Below, piece after piece: positions 35,901 to 50,900 of a DNA stretch of 64,000 nt (position 1 is its first letter; each line of letters starts with the position of its first letter). The stretch covers positions 23,018,628-23,082,627 of the forward strand of contig OZ037767.1 of assembly GCA_964035545.1 (NCBI GenBank), written 5' to 3'. This stretch comes from Bugula neritina. Its lineage: Eukaryota > Animalia > Bryozoa. A model generated the notes under the pieces. That model was not told where the DNA came from, made no database searches, and saw only the letters and a list, made by a program, of their open reading frames with translations. Made by a program: the position numbers and the translations under genes.

Positions 35901-38900
35901 AGCGTCTCTCTGGGATGACTACGTATACTATCGTTTATTGGCTGTTAGTAAGCCTACAATACTGTAAAAAGTCACTCTGAATACCACAGCTACAACACAC
36001 CCAGGGGAAATAGTTGTAACTGAAAGAAATTCATGTTCCAAACATCATGCCATTATTGGCAGCATATTCTTAAACCTCAGTATGCAGACACCATTTCTTA
36101 GTATTTTCTGCTTTGTTAAGCTCAAAAGCTCATGTTTTGCAACGTGGGCTCCCCATATAATAGTGTGCACATTATTACAAATTTTTACTTACTAATAGTC
36201 TGAAGTTGAACATGTAGCATAAAAGACAAGCAATAACAGACTTTTCAAATGATGAGAGGAAGTAATTTTATGGTTTATCAGTTGTGGAGGAGGACTAGGT
36301 GTCAGATAAGAAAGTCAACGAAACCATTCCTTCAATTTTAAGTTCAAGGATGGATTATTAGTATTTTTCTTGCCAATCAACTCATTTATAAAATTCAACC
36401 AGCTGGCAGTTATCAGTTCTTTCCCCAAATAATTGAGTTCAATTTTCCAAGAATATTTTTGGTTGATTTAATTAGTGTGTTTGGACCAACAGGTGTTAGT
36501 CCTGTCTTGCTGTGACTCAGTAAATATTGTTCACTTTGAGTATCAGGCCGAGCTTTACTTCTTTTTAATATCATAGTTTATGCAGTTGATGTCTAAGGTT
36601 GTGGATTAATTAGCAGTGATAGGTTTACTCTGCACTGCTCCATAGCCATAGCTAAAGGTTGAAAGAAGCTAAAAGTCATTCACCAGGTGGCTTGACAGTT
36701 GGATTTGAAAAGCAATATGTAGCTATCATGATATGCTTTGGCTTATTTTATTGAAGGCCTAAAGTTCAGTTCTAAGTAGTGGCGTGGGCTTGAAACCACA
36801 TTGATACTGCCCTCCTGGTACATTAAAACCAGTGTATAGAGGAAATGTATTTATAAATCAGTATTTGGCTTCTTCAAATACTATTGCTAGAATTCCATTC
36901 TTTTAAATCTTTAAAATAATGAATAATAAAATATCACAGAATGTGGAATTTATAACATAAGTTTTGTGAGAAAAGTTATGAGTAGGCTTGTATGCTATAA
37001 AGGTTTATTCTACTGCATTAGACTCTACAAATGTATTATTCTTGCAGTTGCATGCAGATACAATATTTACCTAGCCGGATAACTTTATTTTTCTAGTTCT
37101 AATTCCCTCAACATTTGCTATTGTTTCTATTGTAATCAGTTTGAATTTTTCTATTATGACTGAGTAATATTTTCATGCTAACAAGTAACTTGCAGGTGTG
37201 CTTTTTCAAAGTTTTAACATTGCTGCAGGTGCTTGTTCCTCTTCATTGAAAAAGATTTAACAATAGTCTCTTGAGATGAAACTTATGAAAGAGTTATGGA
37301 AATTGCTCGAACTTGTGAACTATAAGTATTTATTACAAAATTATGCCAACCAAAGCAACCATAGCTATAGCAATATATAACAAATGATCATTGTCATGGT
37401 AGGCAATCCCTTTATAAATTAATGCCACAACGCGTTGTTCATGATTACTGCAGTCTCTTACTGTTATCTGCAGCCCAATATTTTCATCCACCTTGTTTTA
37501 ATTATTACTTGGAGGCAGCAAGTATAGTGTTACTCACAGAAGCACGCGATATGCCTGTTCCTTTGTCATCACCTCTTTCCTAGTTACTAAAAAGTGACTG
37601 AGTGCTTATATTTGTAACCCAACCTTTGAGTGTTCACATAGGATAGAGTTTCTATATTATTGAACATATATAATTCATTTAGGTTCTAATTACTTTAAAC
37701 TACACCGAAATTTATATTTTGTCATAAAATTTTATCCCCATTGTAAATTATTAACTAGTATTTCATAAAGTGATAATCAAATTATTATTTTTATCTCACT
37801 AATCCACATATGCTTCACCACATAAGTTATTTCAACACCATAATTTAAGTGGCCCTGTAGAGCAGATGGTTGTAAATAACAGCAGTATTTGTTTTCTTTA
37901 GTTCTTGGAGTGCAATTTGATTTTGGACTAAAGTTTATTTTGCTTGTAAAAGTTGGTTGGGCCACCCCACCATAGATTAGTGAATGTACTCCATAATTCG
38001 GCAATTATAGACAGTACTGTGCAGCCAACTCTACTATGATTATTGATATTACTGGTCAAATAGGTTCAGTCTTCAGCCTATGAAATACCTAACTGATTAT
38101 TAAACTGAAATCAGGTAATTGCTTATTAATTATTATTGATAATGATATTATTTGTGTGCATAAACCAAACAATTTATAGTGCGGAATTGTTAGCAAGATA
38201 AGTTTTATTTCTGCTAACGGTTCTTTTGTTGATTATCATGGGGTGCATCCCAGTGTTCACTGGAACTGCTGCTTCAGACTGGAATGTAGTAATAACTCTG
38301 ATAGCTAGACAGTGTATGTACAGTAGAGGCATGTTTGTGTTTCATGACATATAAATTTATACTTGACTGTATGCTGATGATAACAGCTCATGAGTCATGG
38401 GAAACTTATTGACAGTCTCCATATCCTCGGCTTGTTTACCCAGTGTCAATGATAGAGTTGTTTACTTTATGCTTAATTTTCTGCTGTTTCAACTGTTCTA
38501 ATAATATTAATAACCACCAGCTTCTATAATAGTCATGATAATGTAGACATAACGTTAGCATATAACTCTATAAGTCATATAACCATACTAAATGCCAATG
38601 TTACATATAGTTCAATATTACTTGGTCTAATAATCTTCATTTTGTAGTCACACAATCGCTACAGCTGTTTCTACTGTCTCTGCATGCATAAAATACTTGG
38701 AAATGTTTAGCTGCCAATGGCTAAATCATTTAGGAAACATAAACTGTATATAAAATAAACCAATTTTTTTCAGTTGATTCAGTATATTTCAGCTCATTTC
38801 AGGGTTTGGAAAACTTAACAAACTATTTAATGTACCAATTTTAATAAAAACCACTATTTTTAGCATAAAGATGCAATGTAAAACCTTTTCTTTGCATTTT

Positions 38901-41900
38901 GCTCTATATTCATTGATTCAAAATATCCCAGTCTAGGTTTATGAAGTGTAGACCAATTTAGATTGTTGAGAGTATTTTAATGAAAAAGTACTTTGCCTCT
39001 ATGCATGTATTGAGTGAGGCACCCGGTATTAGAAGACTTTTACATATTATTTGTTTTATGTAATAGATTAGAATATAATGTCTCTTGGGTGATTTGTTTA
39101 TATCTATACATGGATAAGCTATAAGAAGTTTGCAATGTCTTACAGGCCAAATGTGTGCTCATACAGAGAGGCTAGAATGGTTTCCACACAGAAGAAATGT
39201 GTCCAGATGTTTAGCAGAATGGAAAAGGTGTGGCAGAAGTGTGGTGCTGGTAATGCGGACTGGTGTGTAGGCTACCAGCGAAAGTGAGTCTATAGACTTG
39301 TACAATAAAAATTTACCTGCACAGTACAAATATAATACGCTGCATACAACATATAAATACTACAATAGACATTTATACTCATCAACTACATTAACCTCTC
39401 CCTATTCTACTAACTTAGAATGGTTAAATTTTTAAAAAAATTTCAAGCAGCAGCTCAAGCCTTGAACAGTTCAAGTCAAGTCCTGAGCATCCAGGCATTT
39501 TTCAGGAAAAATTAGTGACGCTATATGCTAAATATTTCTTCGACATTTGGCATAAATTAGCACTAAAATACATACGTTCATTTTGCCCAACTTGAATACT
39601 ATATTTTATGTCTGTTATGCAAGCATTGTACGTATATTTATTATTTTCCGTGCACATAAATTCAATACTGCATACTAAATTTGTACTCCAGTCTAGTATA
39701 ATATTATCTTTTTATTTGCAAGTGCTCCGACAGTTGTACATCTACACAGCAGCTAGTAGGTGACTAATGCAGATATAATGTTTGCTGAGCTGTAAAGTAA
39801 ATAATTTTTAAATGTTAAGCCAACTTTGGTAGGTCATGTTTGTGAACAGTATTTACATTGGAACACTTGATTTGGGTTATCTAGTTGAAGAGTTACTCCA
39901 ATGTTTGTAATTCAAAGTGACTAAATCCATTGATTATTCTCTCACATTATCTTCGATGCTTCATAGAAAGAAATGCACTAATGCCTTAAGAACTAGTTTC
40001 ATGTCTCTTTATGTTATTTGAGTTTTATATTGGGCATTAGTAAATAGTTCTAATGTAACATGTGTAACATGCAATCTCATTAGGCTGCAGTTCAGATAGA
40101 ACTTGAGTAGCATAGAAGGGTGGCTATGTCTACAGCCTGTTACCTTCATATTGAATTGCTATAGCTGACTACCCAAGTTATAGTTATACTAAATGGTAAA
40201 GCCCCAATTGTTTTATCTGCTCATTCTAGTATAGCTGGCCTAGTACCTGGCCAACAATTCAATTGGCAATAATATTCTAGCAGTTGATGAATTACTATCT
40301 AAAGCTACTGTCACATTTTTGAAGTAGTTAGTAGACAATACTGGGAATAGTGTAGTGTGGTTTCTATTGCATCTTAGCCTGTGATTTTCACCCAAATTGC
40401 ATATATATTTTATTATTCTTGGAATCAGCATATGCTGCTAATCATTCTAAATCTGTAAGCAATTTCTGTTTAAATATACGCTAGTCAAATTTTCTCTTTT
40501 TTTATTGCTATTGCTAAAGTATCAGTGAAAGTATTGTACGAGCAAATTATTTGATAAGACAACTCTAAAGTAGAATACACAATCACTTGATCAGCTATAA
40601 AAGTTTATCTTGAACCATGAATGTAGCAGAAGTTGTTAATATATCGATATAAATCATTTTATTATTTGATAATTACATTACATGCTATTATAATAGTGAT
40701 ATGATGAGATGAAAATATTTTGTCATGAAATTAAACTGTTATGTTCACTGCAGAACCTACTATTATATGACCTATAAGCCAAGCCTTCAGCCACAGTATG
40801 TTACAAAGTACAAGTGTTGTGATGGTTGGAGTCAAGTAGGAGCCTCCTTGGGCTGTGTCTACAGTAAGTATACCAACCAGTCTTAACATTTAATAATGCT
40901 TTACCATTCTGTAACAGTAAGAGATATATATAAGGCACTACTTGAGGAAATACATTTATCACAGTGATAACATTTGTTTCTTTTTCTTAATCAATTGGTA
41001 TGTTCTTGCTAGTGGAATGTGACTTATTTTCCATGTGCTATGTGTTGACCAGGGTGGTGGTCCAAGTCAATGTGGGATACTCACGAATATTATTTGCACA
41101 GCAAAGCTGTTATTATGAGTGTTTGAACAGCATAACTTCTTAACATTTCAGCTACAACGTAATATATTATTGTATTTGACATTATAGGCTCTTTTAGACA
41201 TGTGTAGTATATACAGTCATATGATTCATGCATGTACCTATTGGCTAGTGTACTGATTTGTTTACCCAACTGTCACTAACTGTAGAAACTTTTGACTACA
41301 AGACTTCCTGAACTGTGTATATTGCAACACAAACAAGCTTTGTAATGACAATATACATTGTAGAAAAGAATTGAAACATATCTTGTGATGTTAATACAAT
41401 CTCTCTCTTTTATAATAACAACTATAGCTATGTACATTTCTTATGGGAAGGAAACATTGTGATGGTTGCAGAAATGTATCCTTGTAGTACATACAGTGAT
41501 GTGAAAAAGTTTAAGGACGCTTGCAGAAATTTCTATGTATCTTGTTTAATAGGCATTTCTTGTAAGTTCCTAATATTTTCCTGCAAGTTCTATATATCAA
41601 AATGACCCTTAGAATGTGCTCTACAATTTCCACCTTCTAAATTCCTGCTGTTGTAATGTTTTTTACTCATTTTTGAGCCAACTGCACAAGCAGCTAGGGA
41701 AGCGCAACTCCTGTATTTTTATGTGACCAAAGTTTATCGACTTTTATAACCACAAAAGGCTAAATAGTGAAATTTGACTTTGTGCATGGCATCATGATAT
41801 CATAAAGTATGACTTTCTTTTATAATTTGAAATATACCATTTAGTTGTGAGCTTTTACATGGTGTCCACTTGGGCGCTGCCCATAGACTAAATGAGAGCT

Positions 41901-44900
41901 GTAAATCTTCCTTCAGAGGCATAGTTTGTAATAATTTTCTTGCACAAAGAAGGTTATTCAATTAGGAAAATATCTGAAAAGGTTAACAAAGTAAAGACAA
42001 CTGTACATCAAATTATCAAGAAGTTTATGGACACTGGTAGTGTAGCAGATGGACCTGAAAATGGCCGACTAAAAATAAGCACACCGAGAGATGACAAGGT
42101 TCTCATTGGGATCAGCAAGAAAGATTGCCATAAAACAAGTCTTGAGTAGGCAAGGAATAGACAGAATCAACAGGAACACCAGCTTGGACATCCCTGATAA
42201 GGCAAGATTGCTGAGCCATGGTTTACATGGCCGCAAAGCAAGAGGAAGCCTCAACCAACCGAGAAGCAGCAAAAAAGCCGGTTACGGTGGGCCAGGGAGC
42301 CTGGTAATTAGACAGTGAATGATTAGAAAAAAATTAATTTTTTAGATGAATCCATATTTAATGTGAACAATCATGCTGGAAACTGTTGTGTTAAAAGGAA
42401 CCAGTATGAGAAATATAACCCTTAATGTATTCTTCGAACAATTAAGCACTCTATCGGTGTCACGTTCTGGGGTTGTATAACATCAATAACTGTAGGTCGA
42501 CTCAGTAATTGCTCTGGAATGATGTTATTGCTCAAAAATATATGGAGAATCTCAATGCTAAACATTTTTCAATCATAAAAAACTTCTTTTTAAATGAAAT
42601 TAACATATTTGAAGATGACAATGCACCATGCCATTGGGCAAAAACTGTTAAAAAGTGGATGAAAAAGCAGAAAGTCTCAACGCTTAACTGGCCAGCACAA
42701 AGCTGGGACTTGAACCCAATAAGAAATTCATGGTCAATAATGGCTAAAATAGTCTCTTCACAGAAGCCAACAACTAAGGTGACACTCATAGAGCCTGTAA
42801 TTTATGCATGGCATCATGTGGTGACTGAAAGCGAGTTGGAGAAGCTGTACGAGTTGATGCCTCCTCGCTGCCGACTTGTGATTGAGAATAAAGGCTGGCT
42901 AACAAAACATTGATACTAAAATTTAAAGCACTGTGTGTTGCAATGCTGCTATAATGTGTATAGCAATTCACATATAATATTTTTCTATGTTTCAAGTAAA
43001 ATATTCTGATGTCCTACAGTACACACAAATTGTGGGAACATTGAATAATTCCCATATATGCATAGTATCTCATTGTTTCACCCAAGTTTTTGGAGGATGT
43101 AAAAAAAGACACTTATAATTTATATGAATGAGATAAGGAGATCTTAAGGATCATTTTGATAGGCACCATGCCTATGGAAATGCATTAGTTATGTCTTAAA
43201 ATTAGCTTGGAACATTGCTATTATGAAAAACATGGAGGCGTCCTTAAACTTTTTCACAGCACTGTATGTTCAGTTTGAACACAGACTATCATTGTAGCAG
43301 GAATTGATATTCCCGGACTTCCTGTTATAACAAAATGTTAAGTTAGCCAGGCAGTTTCAATCCTCATGCTGTCGATCTTTAAAACTTGAGTCTTAGCATC
43401 TAACATTTCATCTGCTGACCTTTCACTTAGTAGCTATGATCTTTCACCCAGTTTAATTGAAACACGCATTTTCGAAGATCTTTTATAAATTGTTTTGATT
43501 AAAGCATATTGCAGAAGTGCCGCAGGCGATTTATTCTTGAAACTTTAAAATACTCTTGTTATAGCCAAATGCCTGCATCTCATAGCTGCCATATTGGTGT
43601 ACATAAACTATACAGCGATTTATGTTGTACAACTTTGCATCAATTTGAAGGTCTGACTGAGAAATACTGCACTTTACTTTACCTGCACAAAATTTGACAC
43701 AACCTGCATCTCTTGAAACTTTCAAAAACATCTTGTTAAGCTGTTTTTTTAAATTGACTGGCTGTGCAAGTTAAAAAATGACATATATATCCAAAATTAT
43801 ACACATCCCTTTGTAAGAGACCCTGCAAAGCATTTCTCTATTGCTATCAAATACAAATTGTTGGCCACCAAAAGAATTTTTATGTTGAGAGAATTTGCTA
43901 GCTCAATATATCTACTTTTTTGTAAGCTACTGGTTTCAACAGCTGGCCTGTTTTTCACCGAACCGGTCTTAATAGCAGCTTGAAGACAGACAGTGCACTC
44001 AATATCTACCTAGCAGTGGGTGTAGGAAATGGGTGTGTTATGTTAATAAAAAAAATTGTCATGAGGTGCTTCAATATAAGGGAAGCATTTCTATAGCAAG
44101 CGACATAATATACTTGACAGCAAATGGCTTTTTTTGTCGCAAACAAGTATAAGTGTCCTGCATCGATGAAGAGCGACTGCACTTTTTCAAAACAAAATAA
44201 TTCTAGTATTGCCGTTATTCTATAGTTACATCAGATGATATCAATTTTGTCTTAATGGATTAATCAAGTTTGGTAAATAATATTACTATAAAATAATATA
44301 ACCTGGTATATATTAAGCTGTCACTTGGCATGTACAGGAAGCTATGCTCTGTCAAGAAGACAGGCGCCTTATGTAATTCCTTGGTCAATTTTCGATTTAT
44401 AAACAAATTATTGCTGAGGAATTTCTACAGGTACATATGCACTCGCATTCTCTAATTGTGAAAATGTTACCCATGATATACACGTGAGTTGTTTGGGACT
44501 AACAGATAATAGTTTTATGGTTATGTATCGAGATAATAATAGCTGAAAGATTATGATTGCTAATTTTAGGAAGATGCGACCCATCTCAGTGTATGAATGG
44601 AGGGAAATGCATGGGAGATTATTCCCAAACCTGTGAATGTCCCTCAGGGTTTGAAGGCCCCAACTGTCAATTTGGTATGTAGCCGATTGATAGGTTATTT
44701 TTTGTAAAAATAAGCTTGTTCAGATCATTGTGCAGCTATTCAAGGCATTGTACTTGCATCAAATTTTCAATTCGTAAAATTCTTGCAATGAATTGTAAAC
44801 AGATTTATTTTGAATGTTTTTCTGCATAACTAATCATAAAAATATTTTACAGATATAATATAATTACTGTATAGTAATGTAATGAAAAATCAATTTTGTA

Positions 44901-47900
44901 GATGTTGATGAGTGTTCACAAGGCAATGGAGGTTGCTCACACCAGTGCTGTAATATGATTGGCTCATTTATCTGTAAATGTCCAACAGGAATGACTCTTT
45001 CATCAGACAAAAGAACATGTCAAGGTATATATTCCCAATAGGCGTCTTGAGAACAGCAAATAATATATTCACATTAAAAAAGTATTCTTTTTGTAATCAC
45101 TATACAGTTATCACTGTATATAAGAAAAGTGGTCATTGATGGGGTATTTTAGAGCTATTTTATTTATTATGTTGGTTCAACTTTCAAGAAAGGGCTCTGG
45201 CTATGTTATATAACTAGTTTCGATTTCTAGCCAATGTACAATCATAAGTAATTTTCGTGAAATATGAACACAGTGTTTCCTCCATATCTCACAAATCCAT
45301 TTTTCATGAAATTTTATAGGTCACGAGAAGGGTTTAGACTCCCATTTTGTGACTTATGTATGTGTGTATAGGGACAAAATGGCAGAATTTACTGGATCTG
45401 TGAGTTAAATGTGGTATTCTACTATATAACGAACTGAGGTTTCGAGACCAGCAGCTCAGTAAGATATGGAGAAAGCACTGTAATTGTATGATGCAGTGTT
45501 ATTCTACACACATCTAGTATGATATAATCAATAATTCTGTATAAACTCTTGTGTTTCCCATTTTTTAGACTTGAACGAATGTGATATGGGAACTGCTCAT
45601 TGCCAACACATGTGTGAAAATACATATGGAGGATTCAAATGCTCCTGTCCTGACGGGCAAATGCTACATATAGATGGACGAACTTGTTTGAGTAAGTGTG
45701 CAGCTGAAATTATATTGGTGAAATTGTATATATGCTGTATATGTGTGTTGAGATGTTTCAGTGGTCTAAAATGACAAGACTCTTAAAGTCTCTCATGCTA
45801 TATAGATATTAGTAGTGTGGTAACCTAAGCCAAGTTTTCAACTACTGTTGCATATTTTGTTGGTGCAAAGTAAACGTATGTTTAGAAAGTACACATTGAT
45901 CTTGGTAATAAGCCAACACTTGTTACAGTGAAAGAATTGTTCACTGTTTACTAATTATAGCACAATATTGATAAAAACAACTGCTTTCAGCCATGGTTTG
46001 TGACCTACACTACTACTCTCACAGCAGGCATGTTCGCTGTTAGCCTAGCAAGCAGTTGTAGACTGTGTTTCAATTAATATTTATTCTCACCTCCTGAATG
46101 CAGCTATTGTTTAAGAGTAAAGTATCACTCAGTGTGAAAATGCTGATGTTCTGCCAGTAATTAAACATTAGCATCCTTTCTGTGTTCTTTTTACACAAGA
46201 GTGTCACATTGTTATCAGCATTTCTCAGGATATGAAATACTTTTAATGATATCTCTCTTTATATCATAGTTTAGCCAATTTAAGCATCATTTTCTTGACT
46301 GAAATACGAGTTGAAAAGATTGGCTTGCCAATTATAATATCATAGGATATAACAATAGAAAGTTGTGAATAATAGAGTTTATTTAGGGATTGGGACTGTT
46401 CATGCATGTATATCATCGAAATGTTTTAGACTAACTTACAATCTGTTTCTCTGCTCTTGCATTAGTTGTATACTTTTCAGCCTCTTATGTGCTTATGCAC
46501 AGTTTTATCAATAAATTAACGAATATATGGATTGTGCTAGTTGTAAGACAAGTTTGATATAATTTGCATAATACCCACACTCATGTAACCTCAATCTGCC
46601 ACATACAATGCAGAAAGTAAATAAGCTCATGATTTTCTCTACAACCACAATGTTGCTATGAAAACTTTGCATGGGTTTGTGGGAGCCATGTAGCACAGAA
46701 GAATATGTGACTGTAGGCTTATTTTGATATCACCAATGGATCCTGCTGTTGTTTAATTTATCAGTCCAACATAATGATTGCTCCTTTGATATAAAATATA
46801 AACTATGTTGATTTTAAAGGTTTAAAAGTATTTAAATGCTAATATTTTGAAAATTAATATTCATTTAATGATCTGGTTTATTTCAGAACTCTCTGGGTGC
46901 CATGTGGATAATGGTGGCTGTGACCATTCCTGTATTAACTCTTACAATGGCAACTACTACTGTAGGTGTAACGCTGGGCACCGACTTCTGGCTGATGGAA
47001 AATCTTGTGTTGGTAAGTATCATTACTTTATCTTTAATTTGAATTTTGTAAAATACAAATTATATTTAAATTGCATTAGTTGATATTAGTGTGGTGGAAC
47101 CCAAGTACATGTCTTGTGTAAAAACAGTGTTTGAACCAAAATCTGTAAGCAGCTAAATTAAAAATTGAGTTGTTATAAACATTCATCTAAGGAAAATGAT
47201 TTAACTGTCAAAACTATGTTCCTAAATGTGTAGCTTTATTTAGCATTTTTCTATAGTTTTTGAGATTTGGCTTGGCAAGCCCATAAATAGACTTTTGTTA
47301 CAATATTGAGTTGTCTTTCCAATCTACTCATGTATCATACTATACTAGATTGTAGACGCTATAGCTAAAGTATAACCTTCTGCTACAAACCCTGCACACA
47401 GGCATCACTAACATATTTTAATAGCTTTTCTAAATACTCACAACCTCAGATCACAGATGTTAAAAAGTTTGAAGTTATATCATTTCACTAGATTTTTCTC
47501 GATACATGGGGGGGGGGGGGTGGGTGTCCTGAAAATATCCAGTTTCATAACCTTATAATGAGTAGCATAGTAAGGCAAGTATTATTTGTCAATTTTTTTA
47601 ACCAGAAAAAAGTTTAAATTATTCATGTCTCAAGTAGATCTATGTGGAATAATAATACATGTATATTACATTAGCAACTTACACAGAGTCCGTTTATATT
47701 GTGGTATGCAGCTTTACTTTTTGTGCAAAAATTATTCTTATAGAAATGGATCCTTGTAAAATCAATAATGCTGGTTGCTCACAGCTCTGTGTTAATGACA
47801 ATGGTAGATCAGAATGTCAATGTTATGAAGGTTACAGTCTTTCAGCTGATGGCAGAAGCTGCCAAGGTAAGTGACATTAAGTAGCCACCTTAGCTCGTAT

Positions 47901-50900
47901 GCAGTTAACTCCACTGTAAAATTGCACCCATAAACAATTATATTACTTGTGGGCTAAGTGGGTTTTTTAATAAAAACTTTTTGTCAATAGTTTACAATCA
48001 ATAGGAGTTGTCATCTTTTTGAATAATTGAATAATTTAATTGTATCAACGATTAATATAGTTTAAAACATATTTAATGGTGAAGAAAGTTTGTACTGCAT
48101 CACAAATATATACTGTAAACAACTATAATTGTTGGTTCAATTAGACTTTGTTAAAACATTTGGCCGGTTTTTATATTGTTATATAATAAATCCTACTAAT
48201 CATATAGGCAACATACAACGCATGCTCTGAGCAATGTATTTTATTTTGTCAAAAATGCTAATCATTTGCTGTGTCTGCATATTTTCTCTTTGAAATATAC
48301 TGACAATAAATGTCGGGAAAGCCATCTTAAGCAAACTTCTCTAATAAACTATATAACTTTTATTTGTGTTAATTTTTCAGTCATAACTACTAGTATTAAG
48401 TAAATTTAGCTGATAATAGCATAAATTTTATCCAAAACTTTCAGATGATTCAGGTTTAGTAATGAACAGAATATTTTTATGTTCTAAAACTTGCTTCACA
48501 GCAGGTTTACCCTTGTAATATAGTATTTTATATTATATATACTTTGTAATGCTTTAGACATCAATGAGTGCTACCCTAGCAATGGTGGTTGCTCACACAG
48601 TTGTATCAACACTCAGGGATCCTATGTTTGTACCTGTAACCCTGGTTACCAACTGACTGCTGATGGCAAACAATGTTACTGTAAGTATTCACTTCAGAAA
48701 AAGGATTCCAATCTGCTTAAGTAGAGATGTACATACAAGTATATAAAGTCAAGTGGAAAAATTTTTTTTGTAGCAATTTGATGATATTTAATTGCTGATT
48801 TTATGAGTGAGTAATTGAAAGTGCACTAGATTTATCTAATTAACTAATGTAATCAACGATATAAAATTACAACTGAGCTCTTAGTGTTATTTGCAACATA
48901 AAAAGAGAGTTTGTTAATCAAATGGTGTAACACTTTTGTCTTTGTATATAGCTTTTGTCACTGTTGAAATTTGGCAATGGAATAAAGAGCTGCAAAAGGA
49001 CATTTATTTTAAATACACCAATGATAGGGCTCTGCAATGCCCCAACCCAAGTGAACCCATAACTGAGAAACCTGGTATTTACTTGATCTGAGTGTGAAGC
49101 ACTGTTTAATTTAATATATATATAATGAATCACTGGCTTACAGTCTCACGCAGTCACTTTATCACTTAGTTATGACCTCATAACTTCACTCATTTGCTTC
49201 TCACTATTTCTGCATTACTGTCTAACCTTTGAGAAACTTTCGTATCAGTTTATTGCAATGCTATGTCACATTACGTTGGGTCACGCCTATTGTGTAGTTG
49301 TCCAGCTAAAAACACGTGGTAACCTTCACAGAGTGTATCTATATTGTGATATATGTTGTCTATATCAGCTGCATAGCCAATCACCTTTGGGCTTTCATTG
49401 CAAGACACCGTGATTGGCTAACAGTCATAGCTTCATGGTGGCCTAAATGCATGGTAAGACTGTGGTAACAATTTATGTGCCATGTTGTATTCAAGGTAAG
49501 ATTGCCATCGGTCTGTGGTGGGAAGAGTAAGTGTGTTAGTCATATGTACAGTGTGCGATAATATGTCCAGGTGCAGTACAGTGCCACACTGAGTTAACAA
49601 ACAAAATTTTAAATGGTTATGCTAGAGAGATTTATTAAGGAAAGCATAAAACAAGTGTTATGTTTTTTATTTTTTATACATTATATCTTAGAATGTTTAA
49701 GTTTTGTGGCGAATGTAATATGTTTCTTCGGAAAAAATTACATCAACACCTCCTAATAAAGAAATAAGTCCTGTTGATATGCTATACTTTCAGATGTTGA
49801 TGTAGAAGTGGTAACCAGTTGTAGTCCCAATAATGGCGGCTGTGCTCATCTATGTAAGCCTTCATCAAGCGGGCCAGTGTGCTCCTGTAATGATGGGTAT
49901 ATGCTTCAGGCTGATCGGAGATCATGTGAAGGTTTGTATATATATACCAGACATCTTAGTACATCAGATGCTTTAACATTTAAAGAGAAACACATGGCTT
50001 GTTGCTTAATGTATTTTAAGTGCCTATAACTATGCAATAGTTACTCATGGTTATTGTAAAATTTGACAGACCTAAATGATACATTGCAAATTTGATGTAA
50101 AGCTGGTGAAGACAAACATCCTGTATCAACTTTGTTTACTGAGATTGAGTGATCTATAGATGAAACTATTGTGATGTAAAAAAAGATTTGCAGGCAGAGA
50201 TAGGCTTTAGACTATATTTGATTACGTTCTCAAGTGATTTTGTGCAAGCTGTTCAAATTTGTAAAGTCTTGTAACAACCTTCTAACAACCTTCTAACGTT
50301 ATGGAAGTTTGCTATTAGGATGTTTTGGTACATTTGTTGAAAAAAGTAGGCTGCATTTTTCATAGAATCTTCTCAATGTGAGCATGAATTTGCAATGAAA
50401 CGTTACCAGAAGCATATGACAATTTTAAAAATTTCACTAGTTTTCTAATTTAAAGTGTTATGCTGTTTAGAGTTCTTAGAAACTTAATATTATAATACAA
50501 ACTATTGTAGACATCAATGAGTGTCTCACTGGCGAGGCGTGCTGTCAGCAAACATGTCTGAACACGCCAGGAAGTTACTCTTGCACTTGTAAGGCTGGAT
50601 TCAAGCTGAGTGCTGACCGCTGCCAATGTGAAGACTATGATGAGTGTTTGGATGATAAGGGAGGGTGTGAGCAGATCTGCGTGAACTCTGTTGGTAGCTA
50701 TGAGTGCTCTTGCTACGGCTCATTCACTCTCAACTCTGACCAGAAGACGTGTAAAGGTATGTCTATGCTAGTGTATGCTATAACGCTCATCAGATATGCC
50801 ATTGTAATAGCTATAATTGTTCATGTGTGAGGCTTGTGTCATGGCTTTGAAAATTAAAGGTTGGCTTTGGAAAAAAATATATAAACTGAAAGGCATAACA

